Shown here piece after piece: positions 38,645 through 51,610 of a DNA stretch of 64,000 nt (position 1 is the stretch's first letter; every line of letters begins with the position of its first letter). Where the stretch lies: positions 62,001 to 126,000 of the forward strand of contig NEEC01000015.1 of NCBI GenBank assembly GCA_002189035.1, read 5' to 3'. The notes under the pieces were generated by a model, which made no database searches, was not told where the DNA came from, and was given only the letters and a program-made list of their open reading frames with translations. The DNA comes from Utricularia gibba (taxonomy: Eukaryota; Plantae; Magnoliophyta). The position numbers and the translations under genes are program-made.

Positions 38645-40004
38645 TTCTCGGACTCCCTGAACGGAGTCGTACGATGAACCCGATGCTCAACTACTTAATC
38701 ATGATCACTTCAAACATCATCGACAACCAAAAGACCCCAGATCCAATCTATCTCAACCATCAACCCAATTAAAACCGGGAAAGAAAATCCCAGTTTGAAA
38801 CTTCAGAATCCAAGGCAGCCACAATCCAGACGCTAATAACTGGAAAAAAAAAGCAGAAATTTTTCAGCAAACCCTTTAAATGAGCTGAAGTTGTGAGCAT
38901 CCACGTAGAGTGGATCTGCAGTGGGGTTGCGCAGATCAAGAGAAATCGCGGATCAGGAAATGGAAGACAGAACCAAACAGGAAAACACAAAATAGTTGAT
39001 AGAGCCCAAGAGATTGGAGGAAGGCAAAAGGGTAAAAATTGAAGAAAGGTGCAATAATGGTTCACGTGAGAGGTGGATTAAGAAGCCAGAAAGCGAAATG
39101 TGCAATGGGGGCACCACCAGCATCACCCCCAGTAGCGAAGATGATGAAAAAAGCTAAGACGCATAAAAGAAAAAGAAAATGGGAACTCCTCCTCACTCAT
39201 TCAGTAGCCCACGAGTAAAGTGACACACACAGTAAAAAGAATCAATCTTTCAGGGGTTAGTTCACTTTTCCCATCAAGTTCTTCTGTTTGCTTTCGCTGT
39301 GAGTTTGAGCAATCATAGGTAGATCGATCGCATAGCATACACGTAGATAACCCCTTTTCTACAACCGTTGCATCCTGGCAGTTGAGTATGGGCATTCAGA
39401 TGAATATTCAAAGGAGAGGAGACATACAGACTCACGTGCAGGATTAAATACATACCGGGTCATTTCAGATAAAAATAAAAAATCTAGTCTTTCTGTTACC
39501 TGCATTTACGTACAGCATTGAAGAAGACAATCGTTGATTTTTGGTGCTTCAGAGCCTTTTTTTATTAAAAATATGAGAGCATCTATCCAGTGTTTTCAGC
39601 TCACTTTCGTAAAAGACAGGCAGCACCAAGTTCTTGAAATCAGAGTTTGGCAGTAGGCTCGATTGACCCACGAAGAGTTTTCCTGGTTCACCCAGTCAAA
39701 TGGGTCGTAAACCCAGTAAAAAACATGTCCTGGTTCAAATTGGTAAGAACTGATGTAACCCTCCTCCAAACTTGAGATGCGCTGCTCGAAACTTGAAAGG
39801 AACCTGCCAATGGCCAAGTTTAATAAACTGGATGAAGAATGTAACCGTTGATTATGGAGAACAAATACTAAAAACAAACAACCGAGAAGACCAAACCTGC
39901 CTCCCTTCTTCGCAGTCCCCCCTGACAACAAGAGACATGCTCTGGCAATGTATTTGGAAGATTCTCTCATTAAAATTTAAACAGCTGAAATTTTACGCTG
40001 CGAC

Positions 40005-40009
40005 AAAAA
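40005..40009 (-). terminator. Pol III oligo-T terminator of the second tRNA-Val
   Basis: T5 on the minus strand starting 10 nt after the tRNA 3' end. Confidence 0.55.
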
Positions 40010-40018
40010 GTCTTAATC

Positions 40019-40092
40019 TGGCGTCGCCCGGACTCGAACCGGAGACCTTCAGTGTGTTAGACTGACGTGATAACCAACTACACCACGACACC
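40019..40092 (-). tRNA. tRNA-Val(AAC), identical to 11601-11674
   Basis: The reverse complement matches the first copy at 74/74 nt by eye. Confidence 0.97.
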
Positions 40093-40552
40093 TATTGGAA
40101 GAGTTTTTTCTAGTTTTAAATGTTATTATTAGAGCGTATATTTATGCATTAAATTACTTAAATACCATTTTAAAATATGGATAAAATTGAAAAACGAAAA
40201 ATCTTATAAGATGAATATATTTAAATTCACTAGTTGATTGAATTTATATAAATCCATATCTATAAGTTAATGATGAGGTTATCTAAAACTATTGGGTAAA
40301 TTTATACTCATCAATAACCAAAGTAGCAAAAGTTGTTAAAATATTAAACCTATCGATAAATTTGACTAAACCTACAAACCAAACATATCGTAAAATGCAT
40401 ACGTTATTTGTTGACAATGGCACTTTTACTGGAAGCAGCTGAGATATAAATCTTACTGATTGTTCTACAATCATTCCAAATACTTTATTCTAAATCATTC
40501 TAATCGTTCCCACCCCACCACTTGAAAGACACCAAGGCAATGAGTTGCATTC

Positions 40553-43500
40553 TTAGATTCCCCCAGCGGCCGATCTTCTCAGCAGCTCGACTAGACCAGA
40601 GAAAGCAGAGTTGCTGTCTCGAAGCAGACTTGATGGAGGGTCAAACTCAATAACCTTCCCTGCAAAAACCAACCAGTGTTTCATCATTCCTTTGCTTGTC
40701 TTGGGGTGGACACAGCACACATTTACAGCCTTACCATCAGCTAGAACCATAACCAGATCGTTGTCGATGACTGTGTGTATCCTGTGAGCTATAGTGATGA
40801 CAGTACATTCACTGGTTTCTTCCCTCAGAGTCATCTGTATCAGGTTATCTGTTGCTGTGTCAACTGAAGCCGTAGCCTCATCCATTACTAGTATTCGTCG
40901 TCGTTGTAGAAGCACCCTTGCTAGGCAAACGAGTTGTCTTTGCCCCAGGCTCCAGTTCTCTCCATCTTCAGCAACTGAATGCAACACTTACAAAATATCA
41001 GGAGCTTGACGAGACTGACAGGATAAACATTTTACATATACTGGCTTGAGACCTGGAGAATCAAGAAGCCTTTCGTCACCGTTCTGCTTTATGTTTTCAG
41101 CAAGATGGCATTTGCGTAAAACCTGTTTTTAATGCGAAACAATAAGCCAAAATGATCAATCAATGATGATGCAAAGATATAATGATATCATTGACTACCT
41201 CCCATAGCTCAGGGTCAGAGTGTTCTTGTAGAGGATCAAGATTCGTTCTCAATGTCCCCTGAAACAAAATTGGATCTTGTGGTATTATACTTAATCTAGA
41301 CCTCAGATCATGGAGACCAATCTTTGAAATGTCCAATCCATCGATCAAAATGTACCCCTCCGAAGGCTCGACAGCTCTGAAAAGCGCCTGAATTAGGGTA
41401 GACTTGCCACTTCCAGTTCTCCCGATCACAGCAATTCTCTTTTTACCTGGGAAAGTGCATGTGATTCCTTTTAGAACTCTCGGAAGTGAGGGACTAAACT
41501 GTATGTGAAGATTTCGGAATTCAATTCTTCCATCTTGTGGCCATTCGGGTTCAGGCCTGCTGTTCAGCAGAATCAATGGAGCTTCACTGGGTATACAGGA
41601 GAATTGAAGAATCCTCTCTACAGAGATCATCTTGTTTTCCACGTTACAAAGGTTCCATATTATCCATGCTTGAAGCACATTCAAGTTCAAGCCATAGGTG
41701 GCTGCAAGTCCGGCCAAAGCTGCCACCAAGTCAGCATCATTAACTCAAAATTTTGTTCTTGTCAGACTACTATACAATTTATTGTACGAGTATCAGTGCT
41801 TACTGCGATCAATGGCTGACCTTGGAAAGCAGACAAGGACGGTAAGAAGCAGAAAGAAGGCAATGTTGAAAAGAACGTTGATCCTTACGCAAAGCCATTC
41901 CATTGTTCCACAGTTGTGAAAGGCAACACGGGAGTAATTGTCAATGAGCTCAAGATTCTTTTCCCAAAACCGATCTTTTTGATTGAAGGTCCGAATTACT
42001 GTTGCCCCGGAAACTGATTCTGAAAAATGATGGATAACAGGAGCTTGTTGAACTGGGACCATTCTGGCTAATTCTCGTGCAGTGGAGATGTAGTATGACT
42101 GCCAGTATAAAGTAACAGAATATGATCGAGGATCTGCTGAAAGGAATTGATTAATTTGCAGGTACTAGAAGGATTCTTGCCTGATACCATATGGATATTG
42201 CAAATACAACGAGGAAGAGAAACAAAAAGTGCCAGGTGATCTGCGACATGAGCACAACAATGCTGAGAAGCTGAATAACTGCAAATGCCAGCCCAGCTAG
42301 CCTGTAAGCGATATCTGTATCGACTACACTTTGATCTGTGGAAAACTGATGATAGGAAAGCATAAATATAATTATAAGTACGCTTCAGAACATGAGGAAA
42401 ACAGAGAGGACATACATATACTGACCCGTTTAAGGATTCGACTGGAAGGTGTTGAGTCGAAGAAAGACAAAGGTGCCTGAAATATGGTCTTTATCATTCT
42501 GAGGAAGAGGCACTGAGCCGTCTCCATAGCTACAGTTGACAGCACAAAAGCTCGCACTAGAATAAAGAGAGAGCTACCACAAGAAAGCAAAGCAAAAACA
42601 ATGAGCAAGTGCATTTTAGTGACACTCTCTTCTTCTGATCCCCAAGCAATCCAGTAATTGCTAGCCATTTGCAAAATCTGGAATAGGATCTGACATAACA
42701 AAACGATTGGGACAAGAGAACCTTTGTATGCAGCTGTAATGAATTTTGCATAGACCTGCCATTTCACTCGGCCGCTTTCAGTTTTTTCGTTTTGATTTAA
42801 TGGACTATTGCAGAGATCAACAAGTTTTACTTCATTTTCATCTATCTGTTCAACCTGATGCTTACCCTTGGTTGAGCTGATGAACTTTCGAGGATTCACT
42901 TGATCTAAAGATTTATTGTGAGCCTCCACTAGATGTAACAGTTCTCCATTTTGTTTCACAATCAAATCTTGATATGTGCCCAACTCATTGATCCTTCCAT
43001 CCTTCATAACCTGCTTCGATCGTAAAGAAAAGTTTACACTGCTGTGTGTATAGAAAAAGCATTAACAGAGAGATTTGATAAAACATACCAATATAAAATC
43101 AGAAGCAGCCAGAAATTCTAGCTGATGAGTGACATAGACTACTGTCTTCTCGTGCAAGAGTTGCAATAGACATGTCTGCACATTGAATGAGATCATAAGA
43201 ATAGCTCCTAACCCACAAGATAATGGCCCTGCCCTGTTGCATTGACGCCACCATAGAATAACAAAAATATAAAAAACAAAAAAGGGTAGAGAGAAGCAAG
43301 AAAAAAAACCCGTAACAGAAGTACGCTAATGAATGCTGCAAAATGGATACAAAGAAGAATCCGTCTTGCCTTGAACATATGAGCCCCTGTATTTGCATCA
43401 ACAGCACTGAAAGGGTCATCAAACAAGTATATATCTGAGTTGTGATAAAGAGCTCTTGCCATTTGGATTCTCTGTTTTTGTCCACCACTCAAATTGAAGC

Positions 43501-45718
43501 CTCTCTCCCCTACGACATATAAATCTCCAGCATTCCACATTTCAATGTCGTGATTTAAAGCACAGGCTTTAATCACCTGACCGTAAAAAGTTTGATCCAT
43601 TTCCTTTCCGAACAACATATTATCTCTCACAGTACCTGTCTGTATCCAGGAACTTTGAGGGACAAAGGATTTTGATCCAGAAGTTCTGATACTCAACCCT
43701 GATACCAAGTGTAATTCTCCAATTATACTGAAAAGCAAACTTGTTTTTCCTGATCCAATGGAGCCACAAATAGCAATCTTGCTACCCCTTTTAATTTTGA
43801 GTTTCTCAGACAACTTAATTGTTGGCCTCTTTGTGACTCCACTGTGCCATGAAAACTCTCCAGCCTCAAATTCGATGGCAACCCCTGCTGTAGTATAGCC
43901 ATAACATTCTATTTGTTTCTTCTCATTTTGCTCCAGAATGAAGTTTTGAACTCGATCAATTGAAACTTTAGTCTGAGCAGTCGAAGAAATAAGCTCTGGC
44001 AGGTTATAGATTGGTTCTTGAAGAATTCGAAAAATAGCTAAAGCAGAAAGAACATTTCCTGATGTTAATGGTGTCCTGAAGACCATACTGACACCAAAAG
44101 TCACTAATGATACTAATGTTGGAGATGCCCAGAATAGAAAAGCAACAGTTGAGCAAGTATAGAGATATCGTCTGAGCCAAACTTTTTCCGTTTCCCGGAG
44201 CTGAAGCAACCTCTCCAAAAATTCTGTTTCCCATGAATACAACTTCAGTATTCGCATATTCTTTATTGTCTCTGAAGTTTCCTTTACCCTTGAATCCTTG
44301 GATTCCATAATCTTTCTGTGCAGTCTTTCTTGCACGTTAGCAAGTGGGGTGTTACATACCAACGCAAATGCAGCGGTGAAAAGAGCAGCACAAGCTGGTC
44401 CAACTCCTAAATTCTCGTATAGTAAAACAAGGGAAAAGGTAATCTGAACAGGAAGCAACCAAAAGCCATGGAAATACCAGCAGAATTCTCCAATCCTCTC
44501 AGCATCAACATTCAGAAGATTAATGATTTTCCCGTTGATTATACCACCATGCTTAATTGACAGAGATTTCTTATATACCAATGCCATCAAGGCTGCTCTC
44601 ACCCGGATACCAATCCTATGGGATCCAAAATACCATTGCCGCTGACATAATGACTCCACAGTCTTTGAAGCGAAAAAGATCAAAGCTAAAGTAACACCAT
44701 AAACCCAAGTTTGGTTTTCATCCTTTGTTAACAAGTTCACAAAGCTCCTTATCAATATAGGGCCCATACATGAAGCCATTGTATTTACCCCTGCAAAAGA
44801 GTTCATCATCTTCTTGTCAACAAAAGATTACAGTGCTAAGTCATTACAAAAATAAGTATGTTTAACACAGAGCTTGAAGTTTTTGGACGAAGAGCGAGTA
44901 CCAGCAAAAACGCCATTAATCACTAGAGGTTTCCATTCAGCATGAAGTATGGCTTTTGCAAGGTGACCTTTCTGCTTTCTGAGGGACTCTTCAAGCAGTA
45001 AAGCAGCTTCATGGGCACTATCACTTCGCGGGATTGGTGGTATGTCTTCGACTTCGAGTTTTTTACAGTAACCAATGCGAAACAGAGGATTCAGCCACCC
45101 AAATGTAAGCTTCTTCCATATTCCGGCACTAGAAAATCGAACCTTACCATACAATTGATCATTCCGGGACTGTTTTTCAAGCAAGGGCTCGGTGGCATCA
45201 CTTGACTCTTTTGCAGTTGTGCTACACAAATCATTGAAAAAGAGAACCAGAGACAACGGAAGAGAAACAAAATCAATCACATTGGATTGTGGAACTAGGT
45301 CTGTAGTTACCAAAAGCTTGAAATGTTGGCCAAGATAAACGATGGCAAAGAACAAATTAAATAGGCTGGAAAAACCCCACCACAGAGTAAGGACTAAGTG
45401 CCTCTTTCTTGGTGTCTTGATTGCTGAATGTATGGCAAGAATGCAAGAAAAACACCACGTTGTAGCGGATAAAATAGCATCAATATTGCTGATTCCACAT
45501 CTCCAAAACTCATATACACAGAAAGCCGTATAAGATAAGCAAATTATGATATTCAGTGAAGCAGAAATCCTGGTAACTGTTGGTTTTTCTCTTTGCGAAA
45601 GATGCTCCTCAGCATTTCTTTTCTTCGAGGCATCCAAAAAAACCCATACAAGAAACAGCAGACAAAATGCCAATTTGGCCAACTTCAGAATACTATCGAA
45701 TCCGAAATCAGGACTCAT
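40553..45718 (-). CDS. ABCC (MRP) family ABC transporter
   Basis: TMD0-TMD1-NBD1-TMD2-NBD2 layout. NBD1 has [16 protein letters not shown] and [14 protein letters not shown]2 has [16 protein letters not shown] and [11 protein letters not shown]. The model includes two GC-AG introns. Confidence 0.93.
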
Positions 45719-47177
45719 AATACAAGCATTATGGAGCGCTTGCAGGCTGAAGAGAAGAGATCTTAAACCTCCCACAAACAATCACATGCAAGTTATATAA
45801 GACCAAAACATGACAGCCACACCAAGTTCGTGTCTTGAGTACATCAAGTTTGAATTTCATATAGATGTCACCATGTATCTCTCTACTACGCGTTAACAAC
45901 GTTTCAGAGAGCAGCACCAGGAAAGTGCGCAGTTTATGTATTATCCATTTATATAGTCCAGAACCTCATTACAAAGCTGGGAGCAGAAACAATGGAATGC
46001 CGACAAAAAGATGAATATATCATGCGCAGGCAGCATATTTCCTGTCGACACATTTTACCCCAAAGTGAAAACTATGAAATAGTTCATTCCATACGGATCG
46101 GAGAAGTCCCACAATGAATCACCCAATAAAAGCAAAAAGAAGAGGGACTGAGGAAAAGATTCACATCGATTAGGGGATGTTAGGCAGCAGTAATAAAGCC
46201 AATTAAATGGTCCGATTTGAGGGGGTTGGTCCCCGTTTTCATGACACCTCATTAAAGAACCGAATCGTGATGGAGCCAGCCAGCCACAGCAACTGGGCAG
46301 CCATTTACCGTATGAGTGCTGCAAGAATACCAGAGGCATGCACACTTCGACCACGTACACCATGCGCTGTAAAGCAATGGGGACAATGTGAAAAAAGAGA
46401 AAACGAGCCAAATATGTGGGTTGTCGTAGGGCACCCCCAGAATGAGTGGACGACATATTTTTATATACTGAATACCGACAATGTGGAGCCGCAGCATCAT
46501 GTACGGAGATAAGCGATATCAACTCAGATCATTCCTCTTATTAACACATGTTAAAAATGGCGTTGGCGGCCTGAACAAAGAAGTGGACTGAAAGGGCATA
46601 GCAGGATATGATTGAGAGGAAGCAGCGGGCTTGGCTGTTGGGAGTGATTTCTCTCAAGCCTGGATTGTCTGTGTTGAGACTTGAGAAGCGGACCTTTCAG
46701 AGAAGGAACTGGACTTGAATTTGGGCTTTTCGCAGCCCATTACTACTCATCCTAATTACTACGCTCCCCCAGTCCCGGCTGCGCCTTGTTTGTTCGCCGG
46801 AGACGGGTTTACTCTGGCATTCCTTTTATCCTGAAGTTACGCCGTTTCGATGTCGATATCAGTTTAAGGTGCTTCTGGAACTTGTAGTAGTATTCTTCCA
46901 TTCCTCTTCCATATAGTTTGAAATTTGGGCCTGATTTCACGACCTTCTCTCAGCTAATTCCGGGACTTGTTGTCGCATCGTGTTGTATGTTTTTGCTGCT
47001 GGGTGCTCTTAATTATTCGGCCGATATCAGGTTTGCGGTGGAATTGCAAACCTTGTGTTGCCTTCTCTATTGATTATGCATTTCCTGTTAGTAGATTATG
47101 CTGGGTAATGAATAACCTATCTTTGATTTTCCAGGGCTTTTCATTCTGTATATCTATCTGGGTTTGGTGGCTGAACT

Positions 47178-48104
47178 ATGACCAATGCCTGTGTCCCTCG
47201 GTTCTGTATTATTCGTAGAGTGACATTGCATTTGCCTCCAAGAAGCAAGTCCAGAGTAGTATACATGAGAAGTTATTACACTTGTGCTTCGCTCTCCCCT
47301 TCTTCATCCAGCCTTCATTTTCCCACCTCTTGTTTTGTATTGAATGCTCATCTTGCTGCTTCTGATACTCCACAAAGATCAGACCAATGGTTTGCCCTCA
47401 GGAAGGACAGACTAACTACTAGCACTTTCAGCACAGCTCTTGGATTCTGGAAAGGTAATCGCCGATATGAACTGTGGCATGAGAAAGTATATTCCTCAGA
47501 TGTTCAGTTGAGCGACAAAAATAAGAATGGTGCGATGGAATGGGGTGTTCAGAACGAGGCTGTGGCGATTGAGAAATACAAAAGCATCACCGGCCGTGAT
47601 GTTAGTGCATTGGGTTTTGCCACTCATTCAGAGGAAGAATTCGGATGGATCGGAGCTTCTCCGGATGGTCTCCTGGGATGCCCCCCTGATGGTGGAATAC
47701 TTGAAGTAAAATGCCCCTTCAACAAGGGGAAGCCAGAGACGATGTTACCCTGGTTGAGTATGCCATTTTATTACATGCCTCAGATACAAGGACAAATGGA
47801 GGTGATGGATAGAGATTGGGTAGATTTGTATTGTTGGACACCAAACGGGAGCACCATATTTCGAGTTTATAGAGAAAAAAGCTACTGGGATTTGATTCAT
47901 GGGATTCTGCGGGAGTTTTGGTGGGAGCATGTTGTTCCAGCTAGAGAATCAATCCTCTTGGGAAAACAGGAAGAAGCTGAGTTATTCAAACCAACTTCAA
48001 CACACAAGCAAACCGGGTTCATCATTCACAGAAGTTTGAAACTGGCTGAAGAAGCAAAGCTGCTCTGCAGGGAGATTGCTGGCCATGTTGAATTTTATCC
48101 CTAG
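47178..48104 (+). CDS. YqaJ/lambda-exonuclease-like PD-(D/E)XK nuclease domain protein (At1g67660-like)
   Basis: Intronless 308-aa ORF with QRSDQWFALR, GASPDGLL..ILEVKCPF and YYMPQIQGQMEV. The true start codon is uncertain. Confidence 0.88.
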   Translation: MTNACVPRFCIIRRVTLHLPPRSKSRVVYMRSYYTCASLSPSSSSLHFPTSCFVLNAHLAASDTPQRSDQWFALRKDRLTTSTFSTALGFWKGNRRYELWHEKVYSSDVQLSDKNKNGAMEWGVQNEAVAIEKYKSITGRDVSALGFATHSEEEFGWIGASPDGLLGCPPDGGILEVKCPFNKGKPETMLPWLSMPFYYMPQIQGQMEVMDRDWVDLYCWTPNGSTIFRVYREKSYWDLIHGILREFWWEHVVPARESILLGKQEEAELFKPTSTHKQTGFIIHRSLKLAEEAKLLCREIAGHVEFYP

Positions 48105-48722
48105 CTGCCTTCATTGCTGTACTTAACTGATGTACTCTTTATCCTTGTTAAAGTTTTGATGCTATATAACAAAAGAAGCATTCATTGGAGATACGAAAAA
48201 TCTATTAAACAAGCAACTGTCATCAAAGCTGTTTAACAGGGGACTTGGTTTAATCAACAGAAAAATCATCAAGTAACAGAAGCCAAGTACTATCACATCA
48301 TCCATATCCCTTCTAACAGTCATCAATAGCAACATTACATAGTAATCTGGTAGTATGGCAATTAATTGTTAATAAGTCATATCACATAGAATAAAACATA
48401 TGAATAGAAAGCTGCAGCTCACCCAAAGAAAAATAAATATGACTTGGGTATCTGAGTCGTCTCTCTCAACAGTTTCGGTATTCCCCAATCTCAAGGAATA
48501 CTGAAGGATAAAGAGAAAGATCATTGTTCTCCAAGCACCATCACAGGGACTAGTCGCCAAGCAGTGAGCTGTTCACCGCACATATCCAGCATTCAAATTA
48601 TTTATTCCAAGGTTAGCTAAAGAAGCAGCTTTGAGAATCACAAGCAGTTTCCAGCTCCTCTGACCAAGATGATTGAAATGATAACAGCTTGGATAACTCA
48701 GAGACCGCGTGGAATCATGGTA

Positions 48723-50412
48723 CTAAAGCAGCTGTCTGCAACAATCTGAACATAGCAACTCCAAGCAGAAAGTTTCTTCAAAAGCAGTATCATTGACACA
48801 CCTACCGCATTGAGCACACCGGGCTATGCAAAGAGTACATGCACGACAAGCTTGAGAGGGATCTTTAGTGCTACAACTCTCAGAAGGGCAGTCGTAGACC
48901 AATCGATATTTATCGCATCTCGGACATATATCAATATCTATAGCTCGATCATCTTCATATGGTAGATAAAAATTCCCACGGTGAAAAAAATATCGTTTGC
49001 AAGCACTATGGCAGTTACTGCCAATGCCAAGTAGCATCTTCAACTCTTCAAAATGTTCGTGGTCAACTCCATAAAGACCACCTATCCGAAGACGCTTTAT
49101 GCCTCCAACATTTTTTTGAGAATTAAATGCCCTGATGCTATCGACTACACATTCGATGCTGATCCTCGTACACCCAGGAATGGAGAGCTGCCACAGCCAA
49201 AAAAAATCCATGCTTATATGCATATACAATGTTTAAATATCAGCATTTCAACAAATCCAAACCGATAAATAATTGAATAGAGCTTTTACAGCATCCAATA
49301 ACATGTAAATAGCATTAGAAAATGAGCACTTTCAACCCGAAATAGCATTAGAGGAAGGGTGATAGACAACCAAGAAAACTGCAACGAAACACAACTAAAA
49401 ATCTGACCTTGCTTAGTTGTGGATTGGTTTCTAATATAAACCTTAGACCATCATCAGTGACTTTAGGGCAATCAACCAAGCTCAGGCATTGGAGTTTACC
49501 TTGCGCCCTGCTAGCCAATCTCAAAAGAACATCATCCGTGATCCTTTCATTAAGAGGTTGATCTATACGGATGGTTTTCCATAACCAGGGATCTGTTCGG
49601 ATGGACAAGAATAACGATTTGCAAACTCTTTCCAACGATAAAAGGTCTGTTAATCCCAAGTAGCTAAAAACCAAAGTGAACGCCCCCTCAAGAAATGAAG
49701 TTTCCTCCACTTGTTTTTCAGGAGAAAGAGGAAGAAAAACAGTGCTTTTATCATTTCCCCTCCCAGATCCAACAGCATCAAACGTACCACAAACGTGTAA
49801 GAAATGAGTATCACAAATATCCAGTTCGGACTCAATAGCTTCCTCCTTCACGGGTATATCTACAAGATTGGGTATTATCTTCTCGTGAAATGGAGCAGTG
49901 CCAGGGAAATCGTGCATGAATGGAACTTCATCAGCATTGAGATTGCTAGATGAACACGACGCATCCAAAGCAGGTATCTCAGTGAATTGAACAGTATTAG
50001 GAAATGGCTGGAAACTCAAACCATGATGCCACAAAAACCCCCATCTATCTAACACACTGTAATCATTTACACTGGTACTGCCATCATTGCTCCACGTGTA
50101 TCCATCACAGTTTACCTCCAAATCTTCTAGCCATCCAGTGATCGCAGTAAAAGTAGTCTGAATATCCATACCAAAAGGATCAGAGGGCAGCAGGTCAACA
50201 ATGTCATCAGAATCTGACTTTGATGCAAAAAATCCATAGTTTCTTTCCTTATCTTCATCAAGATTCGTACGCCAAACCCTCGAGCTGCTTTCCACAGTGT
50301 TGTCCGAAACACCTTCTACCAGGTACCCGTTCATGATTCCAAAAGGCGATATCAAAGTATCATCAGCAAGATGGGTAGAAAATAAATGTTGATGTAAATA
50401 GTTCAAGGCCAT
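48723..50412 (-). CDS. SKIP14: F-box protein SKIP14-like
   Basis: Exons 50412-49408 and 49187-48723: MALNY.., DLLPSDPFGMDI, F-box LGLTDLLSLERVCKSL, and a Cys-rich end IDICPRC..CRACTLCIARCAQCGRC. Confidence 0.88.
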
Positions 50413-51610
50413 CTCAATATCTCTCTGCAAACACTAGATTTTGTATTTTGACTTTCTTTTTTACCCACATAACCAATGGAAGAACAGTAAAAATTCTAAA
50501 AACACGGGAAACAATTTCTCCAACTCCTTTTCTTTTTCTTTTTCAGGGCTACTATATTCAAACAAGAAAACTCTCAATTTCCAATGGCATACTAAAACAT
50601 AGCACCAAAAATCTCACAGAGTTTTTCTTGGGACCAATCTCGCTACATGCAAGATTTGATTTTTGTTTTTCTTTTTTTAACTACTGCCAATCAGTTTAAC
50701 GAAAGCCGATCTGCCCTTCTCTTATGTACAAAAGAATCAAAGAATTCCCTAGGCAAAAACTACAAAATCGAGCATAAGGATGAATAAACCTTACTATCAA
50801 CTAACACAAGCTCATACACGCAAACAAACAAAAAAGGGATTATCGAAAAAAAGTAGCTATTTTCTTCCCAAACAGGTATCCTACCACCCGATTGCGAGAG
50901 ATATTGAGACCCTGAAGTGGGATTTTGTCCAGCAAACTGGAAAACCAGATGGGAGGGGAAAAAAAGACGATCTTCCACGCAATGTGAAAATGAAATTTCT
51001 CCTCTAGGAGAGGGGAAAATGGGGTGAAGGGGGAAGGGTAGTCCGTGAGATTTAGAAGTCACTTGACACGTGTGGGGCTTTCCCGGTGTATTCGGTGGCG
51101 TATGCGGGAATTCCTTGTGAGAATCACCTTATTTCTCGGTTTATTTTTTACCCTCCGTGCGGTGGAAAACGGCAGCTCAAAGCTTCAAAACTACAATCCA
51201 GTACATTTACCTACGTTACGCTTAACAAAAAAAATGAATCTTTACCACACAAACAGGTTTCTAAAATGCATTCAAGGATGAATAATTTACTCACCAATAG
51301 CGTATTACGAAAGCATTGGCAATAAGCATTCATTTTTCGAGGCTGTCTTGGTTACCGTTAATAAAGATTTGATCTTTATTCTTTATTGTCATTAGTCACA
51401 ATCGCGATAATGGAGGAGCACTTAATTATCTCATTTTTGGAAACGGCTATTGACTTAATATGCAACGTCTCGAACAACGTTATGAGGTTCATAAATGTTC
51501 AGTACAAAATAAGTTAAAAAAATCAATTCTTTCTTTCCCTCGCATTTGTCGCCCTTCGATAAGGCAGTGAAAAATCAGACGAGTAAGGGAACGGTCTGTG
51601 TGACTGTGGG

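Noticed and set aside
46055-46522. 155-aa minus-strand ORF upstream of the ABCC gene
   Set aside because: No recognisable motifs, and the composition is not protein-like.
47178-48104. Phage-like YqaJ nuclease as a recent horizontal transfer or mobile element
   Set aside because: It closely resembles a conserved plant gene (At1g67660-like) in a consistent neighbourhood, and there are no terminal repeats or target-site duplications.
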